In this document: one piece after another, positions 28,577 to 38,376 of the stretch
How positions within the stretch are numbered: position 1 is the first letter of the stretch
Layout: each line of letters begins with the position of its first letter
The notes under the pieces: generated by a model
Told to the model about the DNA's origin: nothing
Databases searched by the model: none
The model's input: the letters and a program-made list of their open reading frames with translations, nothing else
Position numbers and translations under genes: made by a program
Assembly (NCBI GenBank): GCA_965223845.1
Contig: CBDCXR010000004.1
Location: forward strand, 640,001 to 704,000
Source: Planctomycetota bacterium
GTDB lineage: Bacteria > Planctomycetota > UBA8108 > SXIK01
DNA: 64,000 nt
Reading direction: 5' to 3'

Positions 28577-29452
28577 ATGCAGTACCCCTCCGTTCAGCTC
28601 GTCGTCGGCGACAGCGTCGAGGACGCCGTCGAAAAGATCTCGGCCGCGGCCGGAAACGCCGGGCTGGAGCTCTATTCGATGCACGCGGTGAACGCGCTCC
28701 ACCCACTCTGCGAAGTCTGTCAATTCTTCCAGACGAGGTTCGACGGGCGCGACGCGATCGTCGTCGTGATGGTCGGCGAGTGGGACGACGAGCGCCTCAT
28801 CCGAATTCTCAACATCCTGCTCGAGATCCGGCTCGAAGTCGGAACTCAGCGCCTCGCGCCGCTCTTTCGGATTCACTCGGCGCACCCGCTCCCTTCGGTC
28901 GTGTCCACGCTGTTTGCGGACGGGCCGGTCGGCGCGTTCGAGTGTCGCGCGGTGCCGGTCGTCGGATTCGGGAGCGATGTCTCCCCGCATTCGGCGCTCC
29001 ATCTCGCGACGGTGGCGAAGTACCTGCTTCGCGAAGTCTTCGCCGTCGAGGTCGATTTTTGGTCCGACAGCGGTGAACAGTCGATCGCGCAGGTGATGCG
29101 CGAGCGCCTCGCGGTCGAATCGTTTCCGGAAGACGGGGCTCCGCTCAACACGCTGATCGCCCTCGGCTTCCTCTTCGGCGAACGGCAGCGCGCTCGTTAT
29201 CGCTACGTGAGCCACTGGGTACAGTTGAAGGAGCTCGGCCCTTGGCCCGGCGTGATCTTCACGAACGAGCAGCAGGATGAAGGTGGCGGCGATGACCCCG
29301 AAGACGGCGCGGAACGGGCGGTCCGGCGCGTCGCCTTCAGTCCGATCTCGATCGTGCTGAGCGCGTACCAGCAGTCCGTTCCCGATGTACTCGTACGCGC
29401 CGCCGCCGAGCTCGCGCGGCGCTGCGAGAGCGAGCTCGGACCGGCGCCCTGA
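28577..29452 (+). CDS. Hypothetical protein
   Basis: Globular-looking composition and genome-like codon usage from ATG 28577 (MQYPSVQ); no recognised motif. Confidence 0.65.
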   Translation: MQYPSVQLVVGDSVEDAVEKISAAAGNAGLELYSMHAVNALHPLCEVCQFFQTRFDGRDAIVVVMVGEWDDERLIRILNILLEIRLEVGTQRLAPLFRIHSAHPLPSVVSTLFADGPVGAFECRAVPVVGFGSDVSPHSALHLATVAKYLLREVFAVEVDFWSDSGEQSIAQVMRERLAVESFPEDGAPLNTLIALGFLFGERQRARYRYVSHWVQLKELGPWPGVIFTNEQQDEGGGDDPEDGAERAVRRVAFSPISIVLSAYQQSVPDVLVRAAAELARRCESELGPAP

Positions 29453-29705
29453 TCGGGGCGCCCGGCCCGGCGCTGGGTGGAGCGTTCGAGCGCTCCGCGG
29501 GAGAAGCCACGCGTGGCCTTGGCGTTCTTCGGAACGGTTTTTCGACGAGCGCTGCGACAAAAAGACGCGCTCGCTCGGCTTGATCCTAAGTCTATGGCAC
29601 CGAAGAATTTGACGGCGGGTTGAGACAGGCCGTTCACACCTCTGTCGGCGTGACTTCGCGAGCCCGCTCGGCGCTCGCGCGCTCGACCTCAGCCGCCCAC
29701 TCGTT

Positions 29706-29780
29706 GATTGGCGAGATGGGGATCCGTGGGCTCCGGATTCGCGAGATTGGGATTCGCGAAATCGGGGCTCGCGACTCGCA
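29706..29780. repeat. Five degenerate tandem 15-bp units
   Basis: GATTGGCGAGATGGG / GATCCGTGGGCTCCG / GATTCGCGAGATTGG / GATTCGCGAAATCGG / GGCTCGCGACTCGCA. Confidence 0.55.
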
Positions 29781-29800
29781 CGATTCGGTGAGTTTCGACC

Positions 29801-31021
29801 ATGGAGTCTTCGTCGCCCACTCCGCGGCCGAGGAAGGCGAGCCCGTCCTTCGGGCAGCTCTTCCCGCAGCTGTTTCTCTTTCCGCTCCTCATCGTCGTCG
29901 TGTGCGTCCTGGTGTATCTCTTCTTCGTTGCGAGCGGACGCGATCACCGCACGATCGATCAGCTCCTCTCCGATATCGAGCGCGGCAGCGATCACGCGCG
30001 CGGGCAGGATGCCTACGCACTCGCGCTCCTCGTTCAGGATCTCGAGCCGGGACAGTTCCTCTCGCGCGAAGCGACCGAGCGGCTCCTCCGCCTTCACGAG
30101 CGGTTCCGCACGGAGCGCGACTTCGCTAAGTACATAGCACTCACGCTGGGACGCGCCGGACAGCCGGAGCTCGCACTGCCGGTGATGCGCGAGATCGCAC
30201 TCGCCGAGGACACCGATCCCGAAGGGCGTTTGACGGCCGTGACGGCGCTCGGGCTCACGAGCACGACCGGCGTCGCCGAGAGCGCGGCCGTCCTCACGCA
30301 GCTCGCCCGCGAGTACCAGCGCGACGACCAGTGGGAGATCCGTTGGCGCGCGCTCGGTGGCCTCGCCAACCTGCGGGCCGAAGCGGCCGTAGAGCTTCTT
30401 CGCGGTGCGCTGGGCGATCCCCGCCGCGAGATTCGCTGGAGCGCGGCCTGCTGGCTCGCGAACGTTTTCCGCGACCCGGCCGGCATCGATGTTCTCGAGC
30501 AACTCGTCTCGTGGGAGTTTCTCAGCGAGCAGCGCGGTGACCGCGACCGCGAGTTGCATTTTTCGGAGAAAGAAGGCTATATGATCCAGGCTCTCCGCGG
30601 GCTCGCTGAGCTTCGCGGGGCCGCGTCGCATGCGCTTCTCCGTGAGCTCCAGTCTGAATCGCCGAGCTTCAAGGTTCGCGACGCCGCCAGTCGAATTCTC
30701 GAGGCGGCGGCGGCCGGCGCGCCAACCGGCGGCGCGGGGCCCGAGGAGCGGGGAGGTGTGCCTCCAGCCGAGGATTCCGGTGGTGGGAGTCCGAAGGACA
30801 CGAATTCAACGGTGAACGGTACGGGCTCGGACGAACAGCGCGACGCGCCGCCGGATGACGAAACGGCGGTCGAGAACGAGGCGAGCCGCGCGCGGAGTGG
30901 AGACAGATCCCGCCCGCGCGGGCGATCGCTCATCGCGATGAGGCGAACGCGCTCGAACGAGTTTCCGACGCGGATGGATCTTCGGACGGCGGTTGGAGCG
31001 TCTAAAGGAGTGCCACTATGA
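29801..31021 (+). CDS. Membrane-anchored HEAT-repeat protein
   Basis: N-terminal TM helix; HEAT-like units (EIRWRALGGLANL, ALGDPRREIRWSAA, KVRDAASRIL); low-complexity tail; ATGA overlap with the Rieske gene. Confidence 0.75.
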   Translation: MESSSPTPRPRKASPSFGQLFPQLFLFPLLIVVVCVLVYLFFVASGRDHRTIDQLLSDIERGSDHARGQDAYALALLVQDLEPGQFLSREATERLLRLHERFRTERDFAKYIALTLGRAGQPELALPVMREIALAEDTDPEGRLTAVTALGLTSTTGVAESAAVLTQLAREYQRDDQWEIRWRALGGLANLRAEAAVELLRGALGDPRREIRWSAACWLANVFRDPAGIDVLEQLVSWEFLSEQRGDRDRELHFSEKEGYMIQALRGLAELRGAASHALLRELQSESPSFKVRDAASRILEAAAAGAPTGGAGPEERGGVPPAEDSGGGSPKDTNSTVNGTGSDEQRDAPPDDETAVENEASRARSGDRSRPRGRSLIAMRRTRSNEFPTRMDLRTAVGASKGVPL

Positions 31022-31548
31022 GCAGCGAGACTTCGACCTCGGGTGGGACGACGCGGAGAAGCTTCATGGAGGGGGTAGCCGCGGGGTGGACCGCGTTTAC
31101 TCTCGCGACCGTGACCGGGCTTCTCGCCACGGCGCGGTTCATGTTCCCGAACGACCTTTTCGAGCCGCCGACCAAATTCAAGATCGGGAATCCGGCTGAC
31201 TTCCCCGCTTCGGCGGCGGGGGAGGTGAAGGACTTTCCCGAGCACCAGATTTGGGTCGTGCGTAATTTCGAAGGCTTCTACGTTCTCTCGACGATCTGCA
31301 CTCACCTCGGCTGCACGCCCAACTGGCTCAGCACCGAGCGAAAGTTCAAGTGCCCCTGCCACGGAAGCGGTTTCTACGTCTCCGGGGTGAACTTCGAGGG
31401 GCCGGCGCCGCGACCGCTCGAGCGATTCAAGGTGTCGCTAGCGCCGGACGGTCAGATCGAGGTCGACAAGACGCGAAAGTTCCAGCAGGAGCTGGGGCAG
31501 TGGGAAGACCCCGAGGCCTTTCTAAACCTGCCCTACGCGCAGGCCTGA
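31018..31548 (+). CDS. qcrA: Rieske 2Fe-2S subunit of a Rieske/cytochrome b complex
   Basis: Tat motif TRRSFM, CTHLGC and CPCHGS boxes, GPAPRPL. Confidence 0.95.
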   Translation: MSSETSTSGGTTRRSFMEGVAAGWTAFTLATVTGLLATARFMFPNDLFEPPTKFKIGNPADFPASAAGEVKDFPEHQIWVVRNFEGFYVLSTICTHLGCTPNWLSTERKFKCPCHGSGFYVSGVNFEGPAPRPLERFKVSLAPDGQIEVDKTRKFQQELGQWEDPEAFLNLPYAQA

Positions 31549-31624
31549 GCCCAAAGAGATAGAAAGAATCGCGCGTGGAACTCTTCACGCGCGTTTTCGC
31601 GCCGGACCCCACAGGAGCGGCCCG

Positions 31625-32398
31625 TTGACTCTGTTTAAGAAAATCACGGACACCCAGATCTGGAAGTCGATCTTCCGGCACAAGTATCCGGACAACGCGC
31701 GCGATCAGGCGCTCGCGGTGCTGTCGAACGTCTTTCTACACCTTCATCCGATCAAGGTGCGGAAGAGCGGCGTGCGCATGAGCTTCACGTGGTGCATGGG
31801 GGGGATCACGTTCTTCCTCTTCCTCGTGGAGACGATCACCGGCATTCTCCTCATGTTCTACTACCGGCCGACGGTCGAGTACGCCTTCAATGACATCAAA
31901 GCGCTGAGGGAGCACGTTCCGCTCGGCATCATGCGCGAGCTCCATCGCTGGGGAGCCCACGCGATGGTGATCACGGTGTGGCTCCACATGCTGCGGGTGT
32001 TTCTCACGGGATCGTACAAGCCGCCGCGCGAGTTCAACTGGAACGTCGGCGTGATCCTACTCGTGCTCACCCTCCTTCTCAGCTTCACCGGCTATCTTCT
32101 CCCGTGGGATCAGCTCGCGATTTGGGCGATCACCGTCGGAAGCAATATGGCGAAGGCGAGTCCGTTCGTCGGTCTCGAGGGGCCGGGTGCCTCGCTCGTC
32201 GTTCTCGGCGACGTCCCGCTCGTCACCGCGGGAAGCGACGCGAAGTTCGCGCTCCTCGGCGGACGCTCGGTCGGGGCGAACGCGCTGCTCCGCTTCTACG
32301 TTCTCCACTGCATCGCCATCCCCATGGGGGCGGGACTCCTCATGGCGATCCATTTCTGGCGCGTCCGGAAGGACGGCGGAATCTCCGGCCCGATGTAG
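31625..32398 (+). CDS. qcrB: Cytochrome b N-terminal (b6-like) subunit
   Basis: WCMGG (heme ci Cys position), [39 protein letters not shown] end; TTG start. Confidence 0.95.
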   Translation: MTLFKKITDTQIWKSIFRHKYPDNARDQALAVLSNVFLHLHPIKVRKSGVRMSFTWCMGGITFFLFLVETITGILLMFYYRPTVEYAFNDIKALREHVPLGIMRELHRWGAHAMVITVWLHMLRVFLTGSYKPPREFNWNVGVILLVLTLLLSFTGYLLPWDQLAIWAITVGSNMAKASPFVGLEGPGASLVVLGDVPLVTAGSDAKFALLGGRSVGANALLRFYVLHCIAIPMGAGLLMAIHFWRVRKDGGISGPM

Positions 32399-32500
32399 AG
32401 CCGGAGCGGCCGAGCCTCGAATCCTGCGACTGTCGCGGGTCGGGGCTCAAGACGTTCGAACCGTTAGCTATCTTCACGCTGGAGCACGAGGGAGCCACCC

Positions 32501-33583
32501 GTGCCGGAATTCCTCAAAGCTGCGATCGACTCGCTCCTCGGACCGAAGTCGTTCTTCTTTCTCTCGATCGTCGGACTCGGCGCACTGATCGTCTGTCGTC
32601 GCTTTTGGACCCAGGCGTGGATCGCGGGAGGTGCGGCGGTGGCGTTCGTCGTTCTCTTCATTGCGAGCCTGTCGGACGCCGACTTCGTCAAGATCGTCGC
32701 GAAGCCCGACAACGTCCCGATCACGATGATGATCGTGTCGTGCGGCTTCCTCCTCTGGCTCTCGTTTCGCAAGATGGTCATCAACGATGATCTCATCGCG
32801 AAGGGGCTGCCGACCTTCGAGGCCCGCGAGTCGAAGCGGCGCGTGCTCTGTTGGCCCGATCTCGTCTACGGCGAGTTCCTCGCACTGATCCTCTGCACGC
32901 TCGCGCTCGTCGTCTGGGCGTACTACCTGAAGGCGCCGCTCGAAGAGCCGGCCGCACCGGCGCGGACGCCAAACCCGTCGAAGGCGCCGTGGTACTTCCT
33001 CGGGCTGCAGGAGATGCTCGTCTACTACGATCCGTGGCTCGCCGGTGTCGTCTTCCCGACGCAGATCATCGTCGGGCTGATGGCGATTCCGTACATCGAT
33101 CCGAACCCGAAGGGGAACGGTTACTACACGTTCACCGAGCGCCCCTTCGCGATCAGCGTCTTCCTCTTCGGCTTCATCGCGCTCTGGGTGATGATGATCA
33201 TCCTCGGGACGTTCCTCCGCGGGCCGAACTGGAACTTCTTCGGGCCCTACGAATACTGGGATCCGCACAAAGTCGAGGCGCTCAACAACGTCAACCTGTC
33301 GGAGTACATCTACAACTTCTGGCTCGGCCGATCGCTCCCCGACAATATCCTCATCCGCGAAGCGCCGGGCTTCGTCGTCGTCGCGCTCTACTTCGGGCTT
33401 CTGCCTCCGATTCTCGCGAAGACGATCTTCCGAAAGATGTACATCCAGATGGGCTTCGTTCGCTTCAACGTGATGGCGAACCTCCTCCTCTTCATGGCGG
33501 CGCTGCCGATCAAGATGGTGCTCCGTTGGACGATGAACCTGAAGTACATCGTCGCGATCCCAGAGTACTTCTTTAATATCTAG
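32501..33583 (+). CDS. Cytochrome b C-terminal / subunit IV-like protein
   Basis: WPDLVY, PLEEPA...TPNPSKAPWYFLGLQE (Qo PEWY-equivalent), IPYID; multiple TM helices. Confidence 0.9.
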   Translation: MPEFLKAAIDSLLGPKSFFFLSIVGLGALIVCRRFWTQAWIAGGAAVAFVVLFIASLSDADFVKIVAKPDNVPITMMIVSCGFLLWLSFRKMVINDDLIAKGLPTFEARESKRRVLCWPDLVYGEFLALILCTLALVVWAYYLKAPLEEPAAPARTPNPSKAPWYFLGLQEMLVYYDPWLAGVVFPTQIIVGLMAIPYIDPNPKGNGYYTFTERPFAISVFLFGFIALWVMMIILGTFLRGPNWNFFGPYEYWDPHKVEALNNVNLSEYIYNFWLGRSLPDNILIREAPGFVVVALYFGLLPPILAKTIFRKMYIQMGFVRFNVMANLLLFMAALPIKMVLRWTMNLKYIVAIPEYFFNI

Positions 33584-33591
33584 GAGCTCCG

Positions 33592-36500
33592 ATGGCGGAT
33601 CGACTCTGGTGCCCGACGAGGGGCTACTTTGAGATTGGCTCTGGCGGCGGAGCGAGCGAGACTCCCGCGGAAGCTCCCGCGGCGGAGGCCGCTGAGGAAG
33701 CCGACGCCGCGCCCGAGGCGGCCGCTGCGCCCGCTGCGGGGGGCGGCGGCGGAGCCAAAGTCTGGGCCCCAACCCGAGGGTATTTCACGGTCGGCTCGGC
33801 GAGTGCCGCAGCCGCTGCGGCGCCGAAGGCGGCGCCCGCAAAGGCCGCCGCTCCGGCGAAGAAGGCACCCGCGGAGAAGGACGCGAAGAAGCCCGCCGCA
33901 GCAGCGAAGAAGCCGGCGGCGGCCAAGAAGCCTGCGGCCGCTAAGGCCGCACCGGCAGCGGCGAAGCCCGCCGCCCCGAAGAGCGACCCCGAGCGCGACT
34001 CCGTGTCGACGGTGCCGACGCTCACCGAGAGCTCCTTCGGCCGAGCCATCGGCGCGCAAGTTTTCGACGAGCCGGACAGCGAGACGACGCTCTACAAGGT
34101 CCCGGCACTCAACGTCGCCTTTTTCCTCTCGAGCGCGCTCCTCTTCATCTACCTCATCATGGTGATGTGGCAGGATTACGCCCGGCCGTGGAAGGACATC
34201 CAGGCGCGGTGGAACGAAGTCCTCGTCGCCGAGTACGAAAAGCAGCTCGCCGAGACCCGTGCGGATCAGGAAGCGGAGTTCGGGAACTCACTCCCGAATC
34301 TCGAAGCGATTTTCCGCGGACTCGCCGGCGAGAACGCCTCCGCGGAAGCGACGGCGAGCTACACCGAATGGGCGGACGCGGAGCTCGCAGGCGTGCGGGC
34401 ACTCCCGACCGTCGCGGAGCAGTTCGCGGAGCTGATCGGTCGCATCGAGAATCGATTCGTCAAGGGCTATCCGTCGTACCAGCAGCTCGTCGATAAGGTC
34501 GAGGCCGCCGAGACGAAGTTTCTTCTCGAGGGGGACAAGAAGGTCCGCTCGTTCCGCGGCGAATTCCAAGCGGACAAATTCGTCTTCGAAGAGAGAAAGC
34601 GGCACGCGGTCGACGCTTACGGCGATACGACCGATGCCAAACGAGAGGTCGCGGAAATCGACGCCGAGTTCGGCGAAGACTACTCCGCGCGGCTCGAAGC
34701 GCTGCAGACGACGGAGGAAGCGCTGAAGGCGGAGGCGCAGGCCGCGAACGCGGAGCTCGAGGAGTACCTCGCTGCGAACGCCGTCGCCGGCGGGCAGACG
34801 CTCAAGGACCTTCAGGCGCTCCTCAAGGATCTCAACTTCAAGTCGAACCAGATCGCTCAGAACATCAATCTGATCGAGTCGAACCTTCAGAACACGATCC
34901 GCAATCTCCCGATCATCGACCTCGCCGCACCGAGCTACAAGATCGACAAGGTCGTCGCCGATGGGGCGCACGAATCGCTCAACTTGCTCACCGTGCCGCG
35001 GATCGATCGCTGCATCACCTGTCACATCAATATCGACGATTCCGATCCGTCGCGCGCGACGGTGGTCGACGACGAGTGGGGCACGGTGTACCAGAGCCAT
35101 CCGCGTCTCGACCTCTTCGTCGGGAGCTCGAGCCCGCACCCGAAGCTCGAGTTCGGCTGTACGGTCTGTCATATGGGCGACGGGCACGCGACCGATTTCA
35201 CGCGCGCTTCCCACACGCCGAACTCGAAGGAGCAGCGGAGGAAGTGGGAACGGAAGTACGACTGGCACGAGATGCACCATCAGGACTTCCCGATGCTCGA
35301 GAAGAAGTACGTCTACTCGAGCTGCGGGAAGTGTCACACCGAACAGCACAATCTCGTCGGGGGCGAAGCCTACAACCGCGGCTATGAGCTCGTACGCGAT
35401 TACGGCTGCCACGGTTGCCACAAGATGGAGCCGTTCGAGGGTGCGGATAAGGCCGGGCCGAACCTCGCGCACGTCTCGAACAAGGCATCGACGGATTTCT
35501 ACTACCGGTGGATTCGAAACCCCGGCGCGTATCGAGAGTCGGCGCGCATGCCGCGGTTCTTCGATCTGACGAACAGCGGGGGCGGCACCAGCTTCGACTA
35601 CGAGGCGGCTACGGGCGAGCGCGACGGGACGATGCTCGCGCAGAACGTCGCCGGCGAGATGGAGCCGATGGACTTCGGTCTGCGGAACGGCATCGAGGCG
35701 TACGCGCTCGCGAGCTACATCATGAAGACGAGCACCGCGCGCGGAGGCCTCTATCAGATCGAGGGTGAGGGCGATCCCGTCGCGGGGCGCGAAGTGTTTC
35801 GGACGAGTGGTTGCCTCGGCTGTCACAGCGTGAAGGTCGAGAGCATGACGCCCGAAGTCGGGGCGACGCCCGAGGCGCTCGCCGAGCTCGTCGCGGCGGC
35901 GAAGACGGAGCTCGACGGGATTGCGACCGAAGCCGAAACGAAAGCGAGCCAGGCGGAAGCGGGGGTGCGCAGCGCCGCCGACGACCGAGCCCGCGCCGCG
36001 TGGCAGGCGCAGCTCCAGGAAGCGACGACTTCGCGAGAGAACGCGACGCGCGCGGCGAAGGGGCTCGCGGACATGCGCCGGTTCCTCGACCGTCTGAACG
36101 TCGGTCAGAAGATCGAAGAACACTACCGCCGTGTGATGACGCCGGCCGGCAAGCTCGAGCTCGCCGGAACGGACATCGCGGCGACGCGCGCCGCGGCGGA
36201 CGCGATGAACGCGCGCTGGGTCCACAATACGCGCGCTCCGGACCTGAGTGGAATCGGGAGCAAGATCACCGATGCGAACTGGCTCGCGGACTGGATCATC
36301 GATCCCGCGAAACACGATCCGACGACGGTCATGCCGCGGCTCCGCATCGAGGAGGATTCCGGCGGCGCTCAGAAGATCGCCGACCTCGTCGCGTACCTGA
36401 TGTCGCTCAAGGACCCCGCGTTCGAGGCGCGGTCCTCGTTTGCGATCGACACGGACGAGAAACGCGAGCTCCTCCGGACGATCGCGTACGAGCATCTGAA

Positions 36501-38337
36501 GCAGGACGGACGCGCCGCCGCGAAAGAGGCCGTCGCGGCGAGCACCGAGGACGATCTCGTCGTCTACGTCGGGTATCGGCTCGTCCGGCAGTACGGTTGC
36601 TTCGGGTGCCACGACGGCATCACCGATATGAAGTTCGCGATCGACTCCGAGTCGAAGCGCATCGTCGGAACGACGGTCGCGCCGAATCCGGAGAAGGACA
36701 TCGACGGCACCCTCAACAAGGCGCAGCGGATCGGCGCCGAGCTGAACAAGTGGGGGACGAAGCTCCCCGACAAGCTCGACTTCGGCCTCTGGGGCCACCA
36801 GCACTCCGGACGCGAAGCGATTCCGCACAAGAGCCGGTACGCGTGGCTCCACGCGAAGCTCACCGATACGCGGCGCTTCGACGTCATCCCGGCCGAGAAG
36901 AAGGTCGACGACGACACGTACGTGTACGAGACGACGCGGCGGCTCCTCCACAAGCGACCCGACGAGCTCCTCCGCATGCCGCTCTTCGCGTTTCAGGACG
37001 ATCCCGAGCAGGTCGACGACGTCGTGACGTTCATCGTCTCTCTCGTCGACGAGCCGGTGCAGGACGCGCTCAAAAAGAGGATGACTCCAGACGAGGTCGT
37101 TCTCGAGGAAGGGAGCCGCCTCATCACGAAGCTCAACTGCCAGGGTTGCCATCGCGTCGGAGCGATCGACGAATCCGTCGCGCTCGACGCCCTCCCGAGT
37201 TTCAGCGTATACGACGAGGGCATGGCGCTCTACTTCAACGAGCAGGAGAAGGAGACGTGGCTCGCTCACGCAGAGACTTTCTTCGGGAAGGAGAAGGAAA
37301 AGGCGAAGGGACTCACGCTGCCCGCGGGCGAGCTCCTCGGCGCGCGCGTCTACGATCACACGACGATGAGCCTCGAGGATGACGACGATACCGACGACGA
37401 GGACCTATCCGTCGTCGAGCTCGCGCGCCGGAATGCGGTGGCGCGAGGTATCGCGAAGTCGAGCCAGTACCTCACGGTGGCGGGCTACCAAGAAGGAGCG
37501 ATGCGCTTCTACTTCGGAACCACCGCCGCGACGCGCTACCTGGCGCCACCGCCCCTCGTCCGGCAGGGCGAGCGCGTGCGGAGCGACTGGTTCTTCAAGT
37601 TCCTCCTCGACGTCGAGCCGATCCGGCCTTGGCTGTCGGTCAAGATGCCGTCGTTCGCCCTCACGCAGGAGGAAGCGCGGACGCTCGTCCGTTGGTTCAA
37701 GGTGCGGTCCGGACTTCCGTCCGACGGCGAGATCTTCGAATCGGACACTTTCGACCGCGAGATCGCAGCTCTGGGGGAGACTCAGTTCTCGACGGAGCTC
37801 CAGTGCACGCAGTGCCATCCGGCCGGCGAGACGCTCCCGACGCAGCCGAGCTTCTCCGAGGATAAGTTCGACTGGAAGGAGTTTACGTTCGCCATTCCCG
37901 GGGACGAGCACTATGTCGTCTGGAAGGACGGTGACACGTACCGGCACCGCGCCGGCTTCGCGACCGCCGAAGCGGCGGGGGCGTGGGCCGAGCAGAATCT
38001 TCCGTCCGGGACCGAATCGACTCTCGGTCGACCGTGGAGCAAGGAGAGCTGGGGGCCGGATCTCGGGCTCGCAGCAGAGCGGCTCCGGCCGGAGTGGATG
38101 CGGCTGTGGCTGACGAATCCGCCGTGGTTCATGCCGGGGACGAAGATGCCAAACTTCTTCGGCTCGCCCGATCCGTTCGCGGACGAGGATGCGCTCAAAG
38201 AGAATCCGTTCCCGACTGCCGAAAACGCGCAGAAGATCGAGCAGCTCCTCCGCTACATGGTCCACATGAAAGTGATGGAGCAGGCGGTGAGCTCTGGCGA
38301 GCGGGCGCCGTCCGAGGACCCACAAGGCACGGATTGA
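33592..38337 (+). CDS. Membrane-anchored multiheme cytochrome c (8 CxxCH motifs)
   Basis: CITCH, CTVCH, CGKCH, CHGCH, CLGCH, CFGCH, CQGCH, CTQCH; repeated (G/A)P-x-L...W...P...MP-x-F class-I cytochrome signatures; one TM after an ~170-aa low-complexity N-terminus. Confidence 0.92.
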   Translation: MADRLWCPTRGYFEIGSGGGASETPAEAPAAEAAEEADAAPEAAAAPAAGGGGGAKVWAPTRGYFTVGSASAAAAAAPKAAPAKAAAPAKKAPAEKDAKKPAAAAKKPAAAKKPAAAKAAPAAAKPAAPKSDPERDSVSTVPTLTESSFGRAIGAQVFDEPDSETTLYKVPALNVAFFLSSALLFIYLIMVMWQDYARPWKDIQARWNEVLVAEYEKQLAETRADQEAEFGNSLPNLEAIFRGLAGENASAEATASYTEWADAELAGVRALPTVAEQFAELIGRIENRFVKGYPSYQQLVDKVEAAETKFLLEGDKKVRSFRGEFQADKFVFEERKRHAVDAYGDTTDAKREVAEIDAEFGEDYSARLEALQTTEEALKAEAQAANAELEEYLAANAVAGGQTLKDLQALLKDLNFKSNQIAQNINLIESNLQNTIRNLPIIDLAAPSYKIDKVVADGAHESLNLLTVPRIDRCITCHINIDDSDPSRATVVDDEWGTVYQSHPRLDLFVGSSSPHPKLEFGCTVCHMGDGHATDFTRASHTPNSKEQRRKWERKYDWHEMHHQDFPMLEKKYVYSSCGKCHTEQHNLVGGEAYNRGYELVRDYGCHGCHKMEPFEGADKAGPNLAHVSNKASTDFYYRWIRNPGAYRESARMPRFFDLTNSGGGTSFDYEAATGERDGTMLAQNVAGEMEPMDFGLRNGIEAYALASYIMKTSTARGGLYQIEGEGDPVAGREVFRTSGCLGCHSVKVESMTPEVGATPEALAELVAAAKTELDGIATEAETKASQAEAGVRSAADDRARAAWQAQLQEATTSRENATRAAKGLADMRRFLDRLNVGQKIEEHYRRVMTPAGKLELAGTDIAATRAAADAMNARWVHNTRAPDLSGIGSKITDANWLADWIIDPAKHDPTTVMPRLRIEEDSGGAQKIADLVAYLMSLKDPAFEARSSFAIDTDEKRELLRTIAYEHLKQDGRAAAKEAVAASTEDDLVVYVGYRLVRQYGCFGCHDGITDMKFAIDSESKRIVGTTVAPNPEKDIDGTLNKAQRIGAELNKWGTKLPDKLDFGLWGHQHSGREAIPHKSRYAWLHAKLTDTRRFDVIPAEKKVDDDTYVYETTRRLLHKRPDELLRMPLFAFQDDPEQVDDVVTFIVSLVDEPVQDALKKRMTPDEVVLEEGSRLITKLNCQGCHRVGAIDESVALDALPSFSVYDEGMALYFNEQEKETWLAHAETFFGKEKEKAKGLTLPAGELLGARVYDHTTMSLEDDDDTDDEDLSVVELARRNAVARGIAKSSQYLTVAGYQEGAMRFYFGTTAATRYLAPPPLVRQGERVRSDWFFKFLLDVEPIRPWLSVKMPSFALTQEEARTLVRWFKVRSGLPSDGEIFESDTFDREIAALGETQFSTELQCTQCHPAGETLPTQPSFSEDKFDWKEFTFAIPGDEHYVVWKDGDTYRHRAGFATAEAAGAWAEQNLPSGTESTLGRPWSKESWGPDLGLAAERLRPEWMRLWLTNPPWFMPGTKMPNFFGSPDPFADEDALKENPFPTAENAQKIEQLLRYMVHMKVMEQAVSSGERAPSEDPQGTD

Positions 38338-38376
38338 CCGTCGCGCGCCGGACTTAGGCGCGGCGTGCGTTAACGA

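Noticed and set aside
29595-29611. TGGCAC as a sigma-54 promoter for the respiratory cluster
   Set aside because: No GC/TTGC at the required -12 spacing.
29706-29780. Short repeats as a CRISPR array
   Set aside because: 15-bp contiguous degenerate units without spacers; no cas genes.
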